Source of the DNA: an uncultured Acidobacteriota bacterium | Lineage (GTDB): Bacteria > Acidobacteriota > Thermoanaerobaculia > Gp7-AA8 | Assembly: GCA_963741955.1 (NCBI GenBank) | Contig: CAVUKB010000006.1 | Location: 384,001-448,000 of the forward strand | Reading direction: 5' to 3' | DNA length: 64,000 nt | Part shown: one piece after another, positions 36,161 to 44,903 of the stretch | How the letters are laid out: each line of letters starts with the position of its first letter | Position numbering within the stretch: position 1 is the stretch's first letter | Translations under genes and position numbers: made by a program | The notes under the pieces: model-generated | What the model saw: the letters and a program-made list of their open reading frames with translations, nothing else | Told to the model about the DNA's origin: nothing | The model's database searches: none

Positions 36161-37045
36161 TCAAACTCCTCGCACCACGAGGGCGGCCGGATTGATCGAG
36201 ATGTTCAACGGACGCTCCATCTCGAACAGCTCCCCGTCGACCGCGATGGAGACGCGCCGGTGCGGAGCATCGACCCGAAGACGGGTCGTTGCGAGCCGGC
36301 GGAACCCGTCGACGTCCTCGAGTTGTCCCCGCAGATAGCGCAGGAGCGTTCGGGTGAATTGGATTCTGGTCTGGAAAGGAAGCCAGTAGACGGAAAGGCG
36401 TCCGTCATCCAGAGTGACTTTCTTCGCGAGGATTCCGATCTTCGAGAGATCGTACGAGTTGACCGAGACGGCGAAGAGCTGCGTGCGGACGGTCTCCAGG
36501 CTGTGCGGGGTCTCGAGCGCCAGTGAGACGTGAGGAAAGCGGCGCAGCGCGAGTCCGAGCGCTCGGCGGTATGCCTTCCACTTGCCGGCGCCCCCGCGCA
36601 GGCGCTCCCGATCACGCACCAGTGCAGGGTAGACCCCCAGCATCAGGTTGTTGATGAAGTGGCGGCCGTTGACCGTCCCGGTGTCGATCTGCCGCTCTCG
36701 TCCGTGGAGTGCGAGCTCGAACGCCTCGCGCCAATCCGCCGGAAGGCCGGCGTCGCGCGCGAAATGGTTGAAGCTCCCGAGCGGAATCACCCCGAGGACC
36801 GACTCGGTGCCGACGAGATGCTGGATCACGTGGTGAATCGTTCCGTCTCCTCCTGCGGCCACGACGAGTCTGCGGTCCTTCGCGAGGTTCGAGCGGACCA
36901 GAGCCGCGAGATCGACGTCTCCGCCCAGCTCGACGACTTCGAGTCCGGCCGCATCGGCACGCTCGCGCAGCTCGTGCCTCTCTTCCTCCCCGAGGGACCC
37001 GGAACGCGGATTCAGTACGAGGACTCCTGCGCTGCGTGGGGGCAT
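36161..37045 (-). CDS. Diacylglycerol kinase family lipid kinase
   Basis: LNPRSG, AAGGDGT, PLGSFNHFA, VDGE. Confidence 0.88.
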   Translation of the reverse strand: MPPRSAGVLVLNPRSGSLGEEERHELRERADAAGLEVVELGGDVDLAALVRSNLAKDRRLVVAAGGDGTIHHVIQHLVGTESVLGVIPLGSFNHFARDAGLPADWREAFELALHGRERQIDTGTVNGRHFINNLMLGVYPALVRDRERLRGGAGKWKAYRRALGLALRRFPHVSLALETPHSLETVRTQLFAVSVNSYDLSKIGILAKKVTLDDGRLSVYWLPFQTRIQFTRTLLRYLRGQLEDVDGFRRLATTRLRVDAPHRRVSIAVDGELFEMERPLNISINPAALVVRGV

Positions 37046-37096
37046 TCTCTTTCTCTCCGGCGCGACCGTATCGACGCGGATGCACGGACCGCCGCC

Positions 37097-38017
37097 TCAG
37101 GAGCCTCCCTTTTTCGATCTCGTGGAGCGCGGATTCTCATCGCCGCCCTCCTGCTGGCGCCTTCGACGATCCTCTTCGGTCTCGCGATCGCCTCGCGAGA
37201 CGACCTCGGTGACTTCCGCTCCGAGGAGCAGAATCGCGGTCACGAGATAAATCCAGAGAAGAAGCACATAGAGCGAGCCGGCCGCGCCGTAAGCCGATGC
37301 GACATTGAACGTCGAGAAGTACAGACCCAACAGAAACTGGGCCGCGAGCACGAGGATCGAAGTGATCGATGCGCCGAGCCAGACGTTCCGCCACTTCACG
37401 TGCACGTCGGGGACGTACTTGAAGATCATCGCGAAGAGCGTGGTCAGAAGGAGAAAGAAAACCCCCAGGTCGGCGACCTGCCAGAGCGTCGCTCCTCCGG
37501 GAATCGGAATTCGTACCAGCTTCCGAAGCATCGCCACGGAGATCGCCCCAAGGACCGAGATGAAGAGGAAGAGGAGAGCCCCCACCACCATCACCAGAGC
37601 GACCACCTGATCCCAGAGCATTCCTTTCCAGCCGCGGCCTTTCTTCGGAGGAACGTTCCAGACGATCGCCAGCGCTTCCTTCAGCCGATAGAAGACTCCC
37701 GAAGCGCCGATCACGAGAATCAACAGCCCGAGCACCGTCGTGAGCTGCTGGGCGTTCTGGTTCCAGACGTTCAGAACGAAGTGCTGGACGCGGACTGCGG
37801 CGGAATGTCCGACCAGCGACTGGACCGTCGAGGCGACTTCTCCTCGTGCCGCCGCCGGCCCGACGATCTGCACGATGATCCAGATCAGGAAGACGATCAA
37901 CGGGACGATGGAGAACATCGCGAAAAACGCGACCGCCGCAGCGAGGCGGAGCGAGCCGTCGCTCAGCCATTCGCTCACCGACTCGCGAGTGATGTTCCAG
38001 ATCCGTCTCCACGCCAT
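37097..38017 (-). CDS. YihY/virulence factor BrkB family membrane protein
   Basis: AAAVAFFAMFSIVPL, FKYVPD, YGAAGSL...WIY...LLGAE. Confidence 0.9.
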   Translation of the reverse strand: MAWRRIWNITRESVSEWLSDGSLRLAAAVAFFAMFSIVPLIVFLIWIIVQIVGPAAARGEVASTVQSLVGHSAAVRVQHFVLNVWNQNAQQLTTVLGLLILVIGASGVFYRLKEALAIVWNVPPKKGRGWKGMLWDQVVALVMVVGALLFLFISVLGAISVAMLRKLVRIPIPGGATLWQVADLGVFFLLLTTLFAMIFKYVPDVHVKWRNVWLGASITSILVLAAQFLLGLYFSTFNVASAYGAAGSLYVLLLWIYLVTAILLLGAEVTEVVSRGDRETEEDRRRRQQEGGDENPRSTRSKKGGS

Positions 38018-38381
38018 TACACGAGTGCGGTTCCACTGTCGTGCCAGCCAGGAGTCTGTGCGGTGGCAGCACCCGCGGATGGCGTCCGGCCGCATGGTTG
38101 CCCGAGCGGGCACTCCCCGAGAAAGGCCAGGGGCTCCAAGACGTCGGAAGAAGATTGTGCGGTGCACGGGCCAACGAGACGCAGAAACTGCGTGTCCAGG
38201 CAAGGATAACGGAATAAAATTCTGCCACTATGACTGCAGACAGAATAATCGGCGGTTCGCGTCCGGCCGGAGCCGACACTCTTCTTCCTTTCCCTCTCCC
38301 GCGACTCACCAGCCACAGCGCCAATGGCCCTCATCTTGCTCTTTCTCCTTCCAGCGGCTTCTACCGCCGCCAGGAGATCGA

Positions 38382-39614
38382 ATGACCCGACCGGTATCGA
38401 CGCGCGGCCGCGCAATGCCACCTTCTCCCATCCGGAACCTGATGCCTTTCGCAGAAGAAGCGAAGAGCCGTGGCGTCCGCGTGCTGCATCTGAACATCGG
38501 CCAACCCGACCTCGAGACGCCGGCGCCGATGCGTGAGGCGCTGTCGAAGATCGACCGGAGAACGCTCGCCTACACCCCTTCGCAGGGGACGGACGAGTAC
38601 CTCGACAGCATCCTCAGCGATTACCGCAGGATCGGGATCGAGCTCGCCCGCGACGAAATTCTCGCCACGGCCGGCGGGAGCGAAGCGTTGATTTTCGCCA
38701 TGATGGCGTGTGCGGATCCCGGAGACGAGGTGCTGCTTGTCGAGCCCTTCTATGCGAACTACCGATCGTTCGCGACCATGGCGGGGCTTCACGTGAAGGC
38801 GCTCACCGCGCGCGGTCGCGACGGATTCCACCTCCCCCCTCTCCATCTCTGGGAGGCCTCCGTCACGCCGCGAACGCGGTTCGTGCTCCTCTGCAATCCG
38901 AACAACCCCACCGGCGTGGTGTACACCGCCGACGAGATGCAGATGGTGGCGGACTTCTGCACTCGGCACGACCTCTTTCTCATTTCGGACGAGGTGTATC
39001 GCGACTTCGTCTACGACGGAGTGGAAGCGATCAGCGCCCTCACGCTCGAAGACCTCGAGGATCGGGTCATCACCGTCGACAGTCTCTCCAAGCGATTCAG
39101 CGCCTGCGGAATCCGCCTGGGGTGGCTGGCCACGCGAAACCGCGGACTCTATTCCGCGATGATGCGGATGGCGCAGGGCCGCCTCTCCGCCCCGGGCCTT
39201 GCACAGCTGATCGCTCCCGCAGTCGCCACTCTCGGCGATGAGTACTTCCGGAAGGTCCGCTCGGAGTACCAGAGACGGCGTGACCTCCTGTACGACGGTC
39301 TGACCAGCATCGACGGAGTGTTCCTCGAAAGGCCGGAGGGGGCGTTCTACTTCGTGGTCCGCCTCCCGATCGACGATTCGCAGGATTTCGCCCGCTGGCT
39401 CCTGACCGATTTCGAGCACCACGGTTCGACGGTGATGGTCGCGCCGGCCACCGGCTTCTACGCGAGCAACCACCTCGGGCGCAACGAGGTGAGGGTCGCG
39501 TACGTCCTCAATACCGAAGACCTGACCCTCGCGATCGAGATTCTCGCCCGTGCAATTCCCCGCTACCAGGAGATCCGGGGAGAGGAGCTCGCGGCCGCGG
39601 GAATGGTCCCGTAG
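38382..39614 (+). CDS. PLP-dependent class I/II aminotransferase (aspartate aminotransferase-like)
   Basis: HLNIGQPD, CNPNNPTG, SDEVY, DSLSKRFSACGIRLG; RBS AGGAG before ATG 38382. Confidence 0.92.
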   Translation: MTRPVSTRGRAMPPSPIRNLMPFAEEAKSRGVRVLHLNIGQPDLETPAPMREALSKIDRRTLAYTPSQGTDEYLDSILSDYRRIGIELARDEILATAGGSEALIFAMMACADPGDEVLLVEPFYANYRSFATMAGLHVKALTARGRDGFHLPPLHLWEASVTPRTRFVLLCNPNNPTGVVYTADEMQMVADFCTRHDLFLISDEVYRDFVYDGVEAISALTLEDLEDRVITVDSLSKRFSACGIRLGWLATRNRGLYSAMMRMAQGRLSAPGLAQLIAPAVATLGDEYFRKVRSEYQRRRDLLYDGLTSIDGVFLERPEGAFYFVVRLPIDDSQDFARWLLTDFEHHGSTVMVAPATGFYASNHLGRNEVRVAYVLNTEDLTLAIEILARAIPRYQEIRGEELAAAGMVP

Positions 39615-39654
39615 CCGGTCGTCCACGCCGTCGATCCCGGGCCCTCCCGGCGCC

Positions 39655-40794
39655 TCAGCCGGCAGCGGGCATTCCGTCCCGAAAGCTCCATCGCGAAACG
39701 GGGGTCATACCTGCAGTTCGCATCACCTGAGCGTGGGTATGGATGTCCCACGACCCGGTGCGGAACTGATCGCCACTGGCGCCGAGCGAATAGCCGCCGG
39801 GGATGGTCGAACAGTTGAAGGTGAAGAGCACCCCGCCCCCCGCCGCGAGACGGAGTCCGAAATCCCACTCCTCCCGGGTACTGACGAAGGGGACGCTCTC
39901 CGGCGAAAAGAGCGTATGGATCGAGATCGCGCTCTCCAGATCGCTGTCCCGGGGAAGGAAAGAAGAATCGGTGAACGCCGCACCGCCCGCCGGGCGGAGT
40001 CGCGGGATGCCGAGGATCGATGCGCTGCGGCCAAAACGGTTCCGGAGCCATGCTTCGTGCGTCACGAGCATCGCCCAGTCCTGTCGCCACTCCGAGAGCC
40101 CCGAGAGGACTCCCATTCCCACCGCGGGTATCCCGGCCCGGATCATCCGTTCCGGCGCGTCGATCCGCCACGCGAAGTCCGCCTTTCCGTCCGCTCCCGG
40201 GTGAAGCTCCTCGTACCTCGCGCGGTCGTACGTCTCCTGCCACAGAATCGAGAACGTCGCGCCAGCGGCAACCAGCTGACGGTATTCGTCCTCGCTGAGT
40301 GACTCCGCACTGATTCCGACGATACCGCCGCCTCGCTCGTCGAGGAGCCGGGCGACCAGTTCGACATGCCGGGCGATCGCATCGGCGCGGTTCTTCGGGT
40401 CCGATGCGTAGACCAGCTCGATCGCGCGGATTCCCTTCTCCTCGATGAGAAACCGGCTCTCGGCTGCGATCTCGTCGTCGCTCAGCCGGACCCGGTCGAT
40501 CCCCCCGGCACGACTGTCCGCGCGGTAGTTGCAGTAGAGGCAGCGCTCGCGGCAGATGCTGGTGACGTAGAGCGGCGCGATGGTGAAGACGTTCCCTGAA
40601 AAGCGCTCCTGGCGGTGTCGTCGCGCCTCGAGGAGGAGTCGTTGCTCCGCCGCCGCCGTTTCCGGCTCGCCGATCTGCTGGAGGGCTCGTACTGCGGCTT
40701 CGAGATCGCCTGGCTGTATGTCGAAGCAGCCCGGCGCCGCTGAAGAAGCGCGGTTCAGTTTCTGGCGGAGGGATTCGATCTCACGGGAGAACAT
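39655..40794 (-). CDS. Radical SAM aromatic amino-acid lyase family protein (ThiH/HydG/NosL-like)
   Basis: APLYVTSICRERCLYC (CxxxCxxC), QETYD, HP..GKADF..R, PRLRP, STRE, STIPGGY. Confidence 0.85.
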   Translation of the reverse strand: MFSREIESLRQKLNRASSAAPGCFDIQPGDLEAAVRALQQIGEPETAAAEQRLLLEARRHRQERFSGNVFTIAPLYVTSICRERCLYCNYRADSRAGGIDRVRLSDDEIAAESRFLIEEKGIRAIELVYASDPKNRADAIARHVELVARLLDERGGGIVGISAESLSEDEYRQLVAAGATFSILWQETYDRARYEELHPGADGKADFAWRIDAPERMIRAGIPAVGMGVLSGLSEWRQDWAMLVTHEAWLRNRFGRSASILGIPRLRPAGGAAFTDSSFLPRDSDLESAISIHTLFSPESVPFVSTREEWDFGLRLAAGGGVLFTFNCSTIPGGYSLGASGDQFRTGSWDIHTHAQVMRTAGMTPVSRWSFRDGMPAAG

Positions 40795-40867
40795 CGGGCT
40801 CGCCGCGATTCTCTCGGGAAGCCCGCAGCCGCGCAGCGTCGTTTGTCACATCCCGGGGTGATTCCCT

Positions 40868-41140
40868 TCAGCGCGGATCAGCGTTGCCGGGCCGGGTGAG
40901 CGATTCGAGTCTTTCCAGGTAGTCCATCGCATCTTCGAACGACTCGCCGCACATCTCTTCGGAAGGGCGGAGACGATTGCAGACCTCCGGACGCTCCGGC
41001 CGGCCGAAGATCGCGCAGCGGTTGTCCGGCGTCAGCTGAACGCACCGCTCGCCGGCCGCCTTTCCGTCCGGCATTCCGGGAATGGGTGAAGAGATCGAGA
41101 GAGCGATGCAGCATGCCCCACACCCTGCGCGACAATCCAT
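40868..41140 (-). CDS. YkgJ family cysteine-cluster protein
   Basis: [36 protein letters not shown]...RCAIF...RPEVC. Confidence 0.88.
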   Translation of the reverse strand: MDCRAGCGACCIALSISSPIPGMPDGKAAGERCVQLTPDNRCAIFGRPERPEVCNRLRPSEEMCGESFEDAMDYLERLESLTRPGNADPR

Positions 41141-41343
41141 ACTCGCGGGAACTCTCCAGACCGGCAGGTATTCCACTAACCCGGAAAGGACGAGTGTCTC
41201 CATCCGCCGGCCGATCCTCCTCCCCGATCATGAGTCCGGGAGGGGAGGGGGACAGCGAAGGCGCGCTTTTCCTCCGATGGCGGCGCCGGAGAAAATGCCG
41301 GCGCGCCGCCACCGGAAAACGGCGCAGTGTCGATGCGTTTCGA

Positions 41344-41535
41344 CTACACGGCCGTGAGCACGGGCTCCGTAAAACGCGCTGCGATGTTCTCGTTCATTTC
41401 GATCTCGCGTCGCAGCTGTTCCTTGAACTCTCTGCTCGAAGTGTGGTTGAGCTCGTGAAGAAGCTCGTCGTGGGCGTGCGCGAGGGTGCGGGCGATGTAC
41501 ATCCGTTCACGTTCGGAAAACTCGTAGTGTCGCAC
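41344..41535 (-). CDS. Small helical hypothetical protein
   Basis: VRHYEFSERERMYIARTL...ELNHTSSREFKEQLRRE. RBS-like purine runs precede two possible GTG starts; the ORF extends to 41601. Confidence 0.6.
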   Translation of the reverse strand: MRHYEFSERERMYIARTLAHAHDELLHELNHTSSREFKEQLRREIEMNENIAARFTEPVLTAV

Positions 41536-41625
41536 GATGCCCTTCCTTTCATCGGGCGGGGCGGCGTTCACGTCGCGTCCCTCCTCGAATCGTAAGTTCA
41601 CAACCGAGCGGATGCACGTCCAGGC

Positions 41626-41652
41626 GTCTGCGCGGTAGAAACTGTCCTGCTG
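41626..41652. repeat. Isolated end fragment of the 49006-49167 palindromic element
   Basis: gtctgcgcggtagaaactgtcct is the reverse complement of aggacagtttctaccgcgcagac at about 49142-49164. Confidence 0.75.
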
Positions 41653-41878
41653 GCGGTGACGGATAGCAGGCCGGTCGGATCCGGGGAAGAGATTCCGAAA
41701 TTCGCTCCTTCCGGTCGATAGCTCGACGGCTCCAGGTGGAACCGCTACACTCTCAGCTCGCTTGAACGATACGGTCCGGGGAAGCTCGCAGGATCACGCG
41801 AGACGCCCGGCGTTCGCGGCAGGAAGAGTATCGGCGCAGCGAGATCAACCGTTGCGCGGGAGACATGGCGCCGAGCTG

Positions 41879-43762
41879 ATGACGGAACGGATGAAATTGC
41901 CGGTCACATCGTTTCCGAAGGGAACGCTTCCGGAAGGACTGCGGTCCCTGCAGTCGGATCTCGCGGCCGACGAGATCGTGACGGCAGAAGTGCGGCTTCC
42001 CGGCGCGCACGAAGAGCTCATCCGCGCCCTCACCAGCGACGACCAGCTCCTGCTGGCAAACCTCGCGACCGAACATGCTCCCGAGGGGATCGTCGTCCTC
42101 AAGGCTCACGGCGACTCTGCGGATCCCCGGATCATCTTCGTCAACGATGCGTTCTGCCGGATCACCGGGATGGAGCGAGAGGAAGTGATCGGCCAGGGAC
42201 TGCAGATCGCTCGCAATGCCGAGACCGACCGGGCCGTCCGGGACGCGCTGAATCATCCCGCCTGCCGCCGCAAGCCGTTCGAAGGCGAGGCACCCGCGAT
42301 CCGGAAAGACGGAACGCCGTACTCGCTGGAACTACTCCTGGTACCGATCCACGACGGCTTCGGGGGTGTGAGCTTCTGGGTTGCCTACATCAAAGACGTC
42401 ACCGACCGGAATCGGCAGCTTGCGGCACTCGAGCAGCAGGCGCTCCACGACGTACTGACGAACCTCCCGAACCGGATCCTCCTGGTCGATCGGGTGGAGC
42501 AGGCGATTCTGGTGGCGCGCCGAACCGGTGCGCCGGTCGCGCTGATGATCATGGATCTCGACGGGTTCAAGGAGATCAACGACACGCTCGGTCATCACGC
42601 CGGTGATCTCCTTCTTCAGGAAGTCGCCACGCGCCTTCGCAACGAGATGTCGGAAGCGGACACCGTGGCGCGGCTCGGCGGTGACGAGTTCGCCTTCGTT
42701 CTCCCGACTGCCGGCGATGCCAGTGGAGCTCTCCGGACCGGGCGGCGCGTAATCCGGGCACTCGAGGATCCGTTCGAGCTCGAAGGCGACGAATGCGAGA
42801 TCGGTGGAAGCATCGGCGTCGCGATCTATCCCGATCATGGTCGTGATGCGGCGACGCTGATGCGGCGGGCCGATGCAGCCATGTATCACGCGAAGCGGAC
42901 GGGCCGCGGCTGTTCGCTCTACTCATCCGAATTCGATCAACGCACCTCTTCCTCTCTGGCACTCGGAGTCGAGCTGAGGCGGGCGATCGAGGAAGAACAG
43001 CTCTGCATCTTCTACCAGCCGAAGATTCACCTCCGCACCGGTGTGGTCACCCGTGTCGAAGCGCTGGTCCGCTGGAACCATCCCGAACGCGGACTGATGC
43101 TCCCGGACGAGTTCATCCCTCTCGCCGAGAGGACCGGCCTGATCAAACCGCTCACCGAATGGGTTCTGAGCTCCTCTCTCGCTCAATGTGCGGAGTGGCA
43201 GCGACAAGGTCTTCCGATTCACATCGCAGTGAACCTCTCGACCCGCACGCTCCAGGAGCACACCCTTCCCCACACCGTGGCTCTTCTTCTCGATCGCCAC
43301 GGAGTGGAGCCGCATTCGCTCAAGCTCGAGATCACCGAGAGCAGCATCATGGCCGACCCTCCCCACGCCCTGGCGATCCTTTCACTTCTCCATTCCATGG
43401 GCGTGAAACTCTCGCTCGACGACTTCGGGACCGGCTACTCTTCCCTGGCCCATCTGCGGGAGATGCCGGTCGACGAGATCAAGATCGACAAGTCGTTCAT
43501 CATGGGGATGGCCACCAGCACGAGTGACACCGCGATCGTCCGAGCCACCATCGACCTCGCCCACAGTCTCGGCCGGCAGGTCGTCGCGGAAGGCGTGGAT
43601 CTGGAGGCGACCTGCCGCTCTCTCTCGATTCTCGGGTGCGACCTCGCTCAAGGTTTCTATCTCAGCCGTCCTCTCCCCGCGCACGGATTCGAGCGCTGGC
43701 TCACGAATACGAACTGGGGACTGACCACCCTCCAGAAGGTCCTCGGACTCGGCGCCGGCTGA
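41879..43762 (+). CDS. PAS-GGDEF-EAL diguanylate cyclase/phosphodiesterase
   Basis: PAS (VNDAFCRITG, RKDGTPY), HDVLTNLPNR, RLGGDEF, VEAL, DDFGTGYSSL. Start uncertain. Confidence 0.92.
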   Translation: MTERMKLPVTSFPKGTLPEGLRSLQSDLAADEIVTAEVRLPGAHEELIRALTSDDQLLLANLATEHAPEGIVVLKAHGDSADPRIIFVNDAFCRITGMEREEVIGQGLQIARNAETDRAVRDALNHPACRRKPFEGEAPAIRKDGTPYSLELLLVPIHDGFGGVSFWVAYIKDVTDRNRQLAALEQQALHDVLTNLPNRILLVDRVEQAILVARRTGAPVALMIMDLDGFKEINDTLGHHAGDLLLQEVATRLRNEMSEADTVARLGGDEFAFVLPTAGDASGALRTGRRVIRALEDPFELEGDECEIGGSIGVAIYPDHGRDAATLMRRADAAMYHAKRTGRGCSLYSSEFDQRTSSSLALGVELRRAIEEEQLCIFYQPKIHLRTGVVTRVEALVRWNHPERGLMLPDEFIPLAERTGLIKPLTEWVLSSSLAQCAEWQRQGLPIHIAVNLSTRTLQEHTLPHTVALLLDRHGVEPHSLKLEITESSIMADPPHALAILSLLHSMGVKLSLDDFGTGYSSLAHLREMPVDEIKIDKSFIMGMATSTSDTAIVRATIDLAHSLGRQVVAEGVDLEATCRSLSILGCDLAQGFYLSRPLPAHGFERWLTNTNWGLTTLQKVLGLGAG

Positions 43763-43793
43763 TCCCTCGCGTCCTCCCCCGCAGAGGATGCCC

Positions 43794-43851
43794 CGGTCAG
43801 ATTCTTTTTGGCGCGACGATTCTCCCTTCGGTCAGATTTAGTTTGGCGCGA
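43794..43851. promoter_or_regulatory. 23-bp direct repeat upstream of xerC (possible operator pair)
   Basis: CGGTCAGATT-ctt-TTTGGCGCGA (43794-43816) and CGGTCAGATT-tag-TTTGGCGCGA (43829-43851). Confidence 0.5.
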
Positions 43852-43916
43852 TACGCCCTCCCTCGCTGCAACCCGACTGGTGTACCCTAGTGGGTGCCTG
43901 CGTGGCGGGAGGGTGT

Positions 43917-44828
43917 GTGCGGAACGAGATCGGCGATTTTCTCGACTATCTCACTTACGAGCGGAACGTCTCGGCCAACACGGTCGAAGCCTACCGCGAC
44001 GACCTCGACTCCCTTTTCCGTTTCCTTCTCGAGGATTACTGGAACACCACCCGCGACGCGCTCGATCTCACGAAGATCGACCATCTCGCCATCCGAGCCT
44101 GGCTCGCTCACCTCGCAAAACGAAAGCTGGCCCGCAGCTCCATCGCCCGGCATCTTTCCGCGACCCGGATGTTCTTCCGCTTCCTGGTGCGGGAAGGAAT
44201 CGCCACCGCGAACCCGGCCCGCGCCGTTGCCACGCCGAAGCGCGAGAAACACCTCCCCGCCGTGCTTCAGGTTTCGGAGATCACCATTCTCCTCGAGCAG
44301 CCCGACACGTCGCGCGCTCTCGGACGCCGCGACCGCGCCTGGCTGGAGCTTCTCTACGCCTCCGGCTTGCGGGTCAGTGAGCTGGTGGGCATCGACCTGG
44401 ACGACCTCGAGCTCCGCTCACGCCTGGTCAAGGTTCGGGGTAAGGGAGCGAAGGAGCGGATCGTCCCGTTCGGATCGAAGGCCGGCGCCGCTCTGAAGGA
44501 GTGGCTGGCGGTTCGCCCGGAGATCGTCACCGGAAAAGAGGAATCGGAGGAGATCCCTCTCTTCGTGAATCACCGCGGTGGACGGATCACCACACGAAGC
44601 ATCCGCCGCCTCCTCGACCGTTACGTCCGCCGCGCCGCGCTCCGCAGTGGCATCTCTCCTCATACGCTCCGCCACTCGTTCGCGACGCATCTTCTCACCG
44701 CTGGAGCCGATCTCCGCTCGATCCAGGAACTACTCGGACACGTCTCCCTCTCCACCACCCAGAAGTACACACATCTCAATGACTGGCAGCTGATCGAAGT
44801 CTATCGAAAGGCTCACCCGCGGGCCTGA
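43917..44828 (+). CDS. xerC: Tyrosine recombinase XerC
   Basis: RDRAWLELLYASGLRVSEL, VRGKGAKER, PHTLRHSFATH, QELLGH, TTQKYTH, AHPRA end. Confidence 0.9.
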   Translation: MRNEIGDFLDYLTYERNVSANTVEAYRDDLDSLFRFLLEDYWNTTRDALDLTKIDHLAIRAWLAHLAKRKLARSSIARHLSATRMFFRFLVREGIATANPARAVATPKREKHLPAVLQVSEITILLEQPDTSRALGRRDRAWLELLYASGLRVSELVGIDLDDLELRSRLVKVRGKGAKERIVPFGSKAGAALKEWLAVRPEIVTGKEESEEIPLFVNHRGGRITTRSIRRLLDRYVRRAALRSGISPHTLRHSFATHLLTAGADLRSIQELLGHVSLSTTQKYTHLNDWQLIEVYRKAHPRA

Positions 44829-44903
44829 AACGGGCATTTCGAGAGTCGCTCCATGGTTCTCGACGAAGCCGCCGGCGCTCTGATCTCCGCGGCCTGATTC
44901 GAC

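Noticed and set aside
39655-40794. HydG or a firm thiH call
   Set aside because: Lacks the HydG C-terminal cysteine motif and any hyd or thi context; left at family level.
43809-43860. Sigma54 promoters at TGGCGCG upstream of xerC
   Set aside because: Neither copy has TTGC at the -12 position.
43917-44828. Prophage or island integrase; dif site
   Set aside because: Sequence is typical housekeeping XerC, with no phage genes, att repeats or dif consensus nearby.
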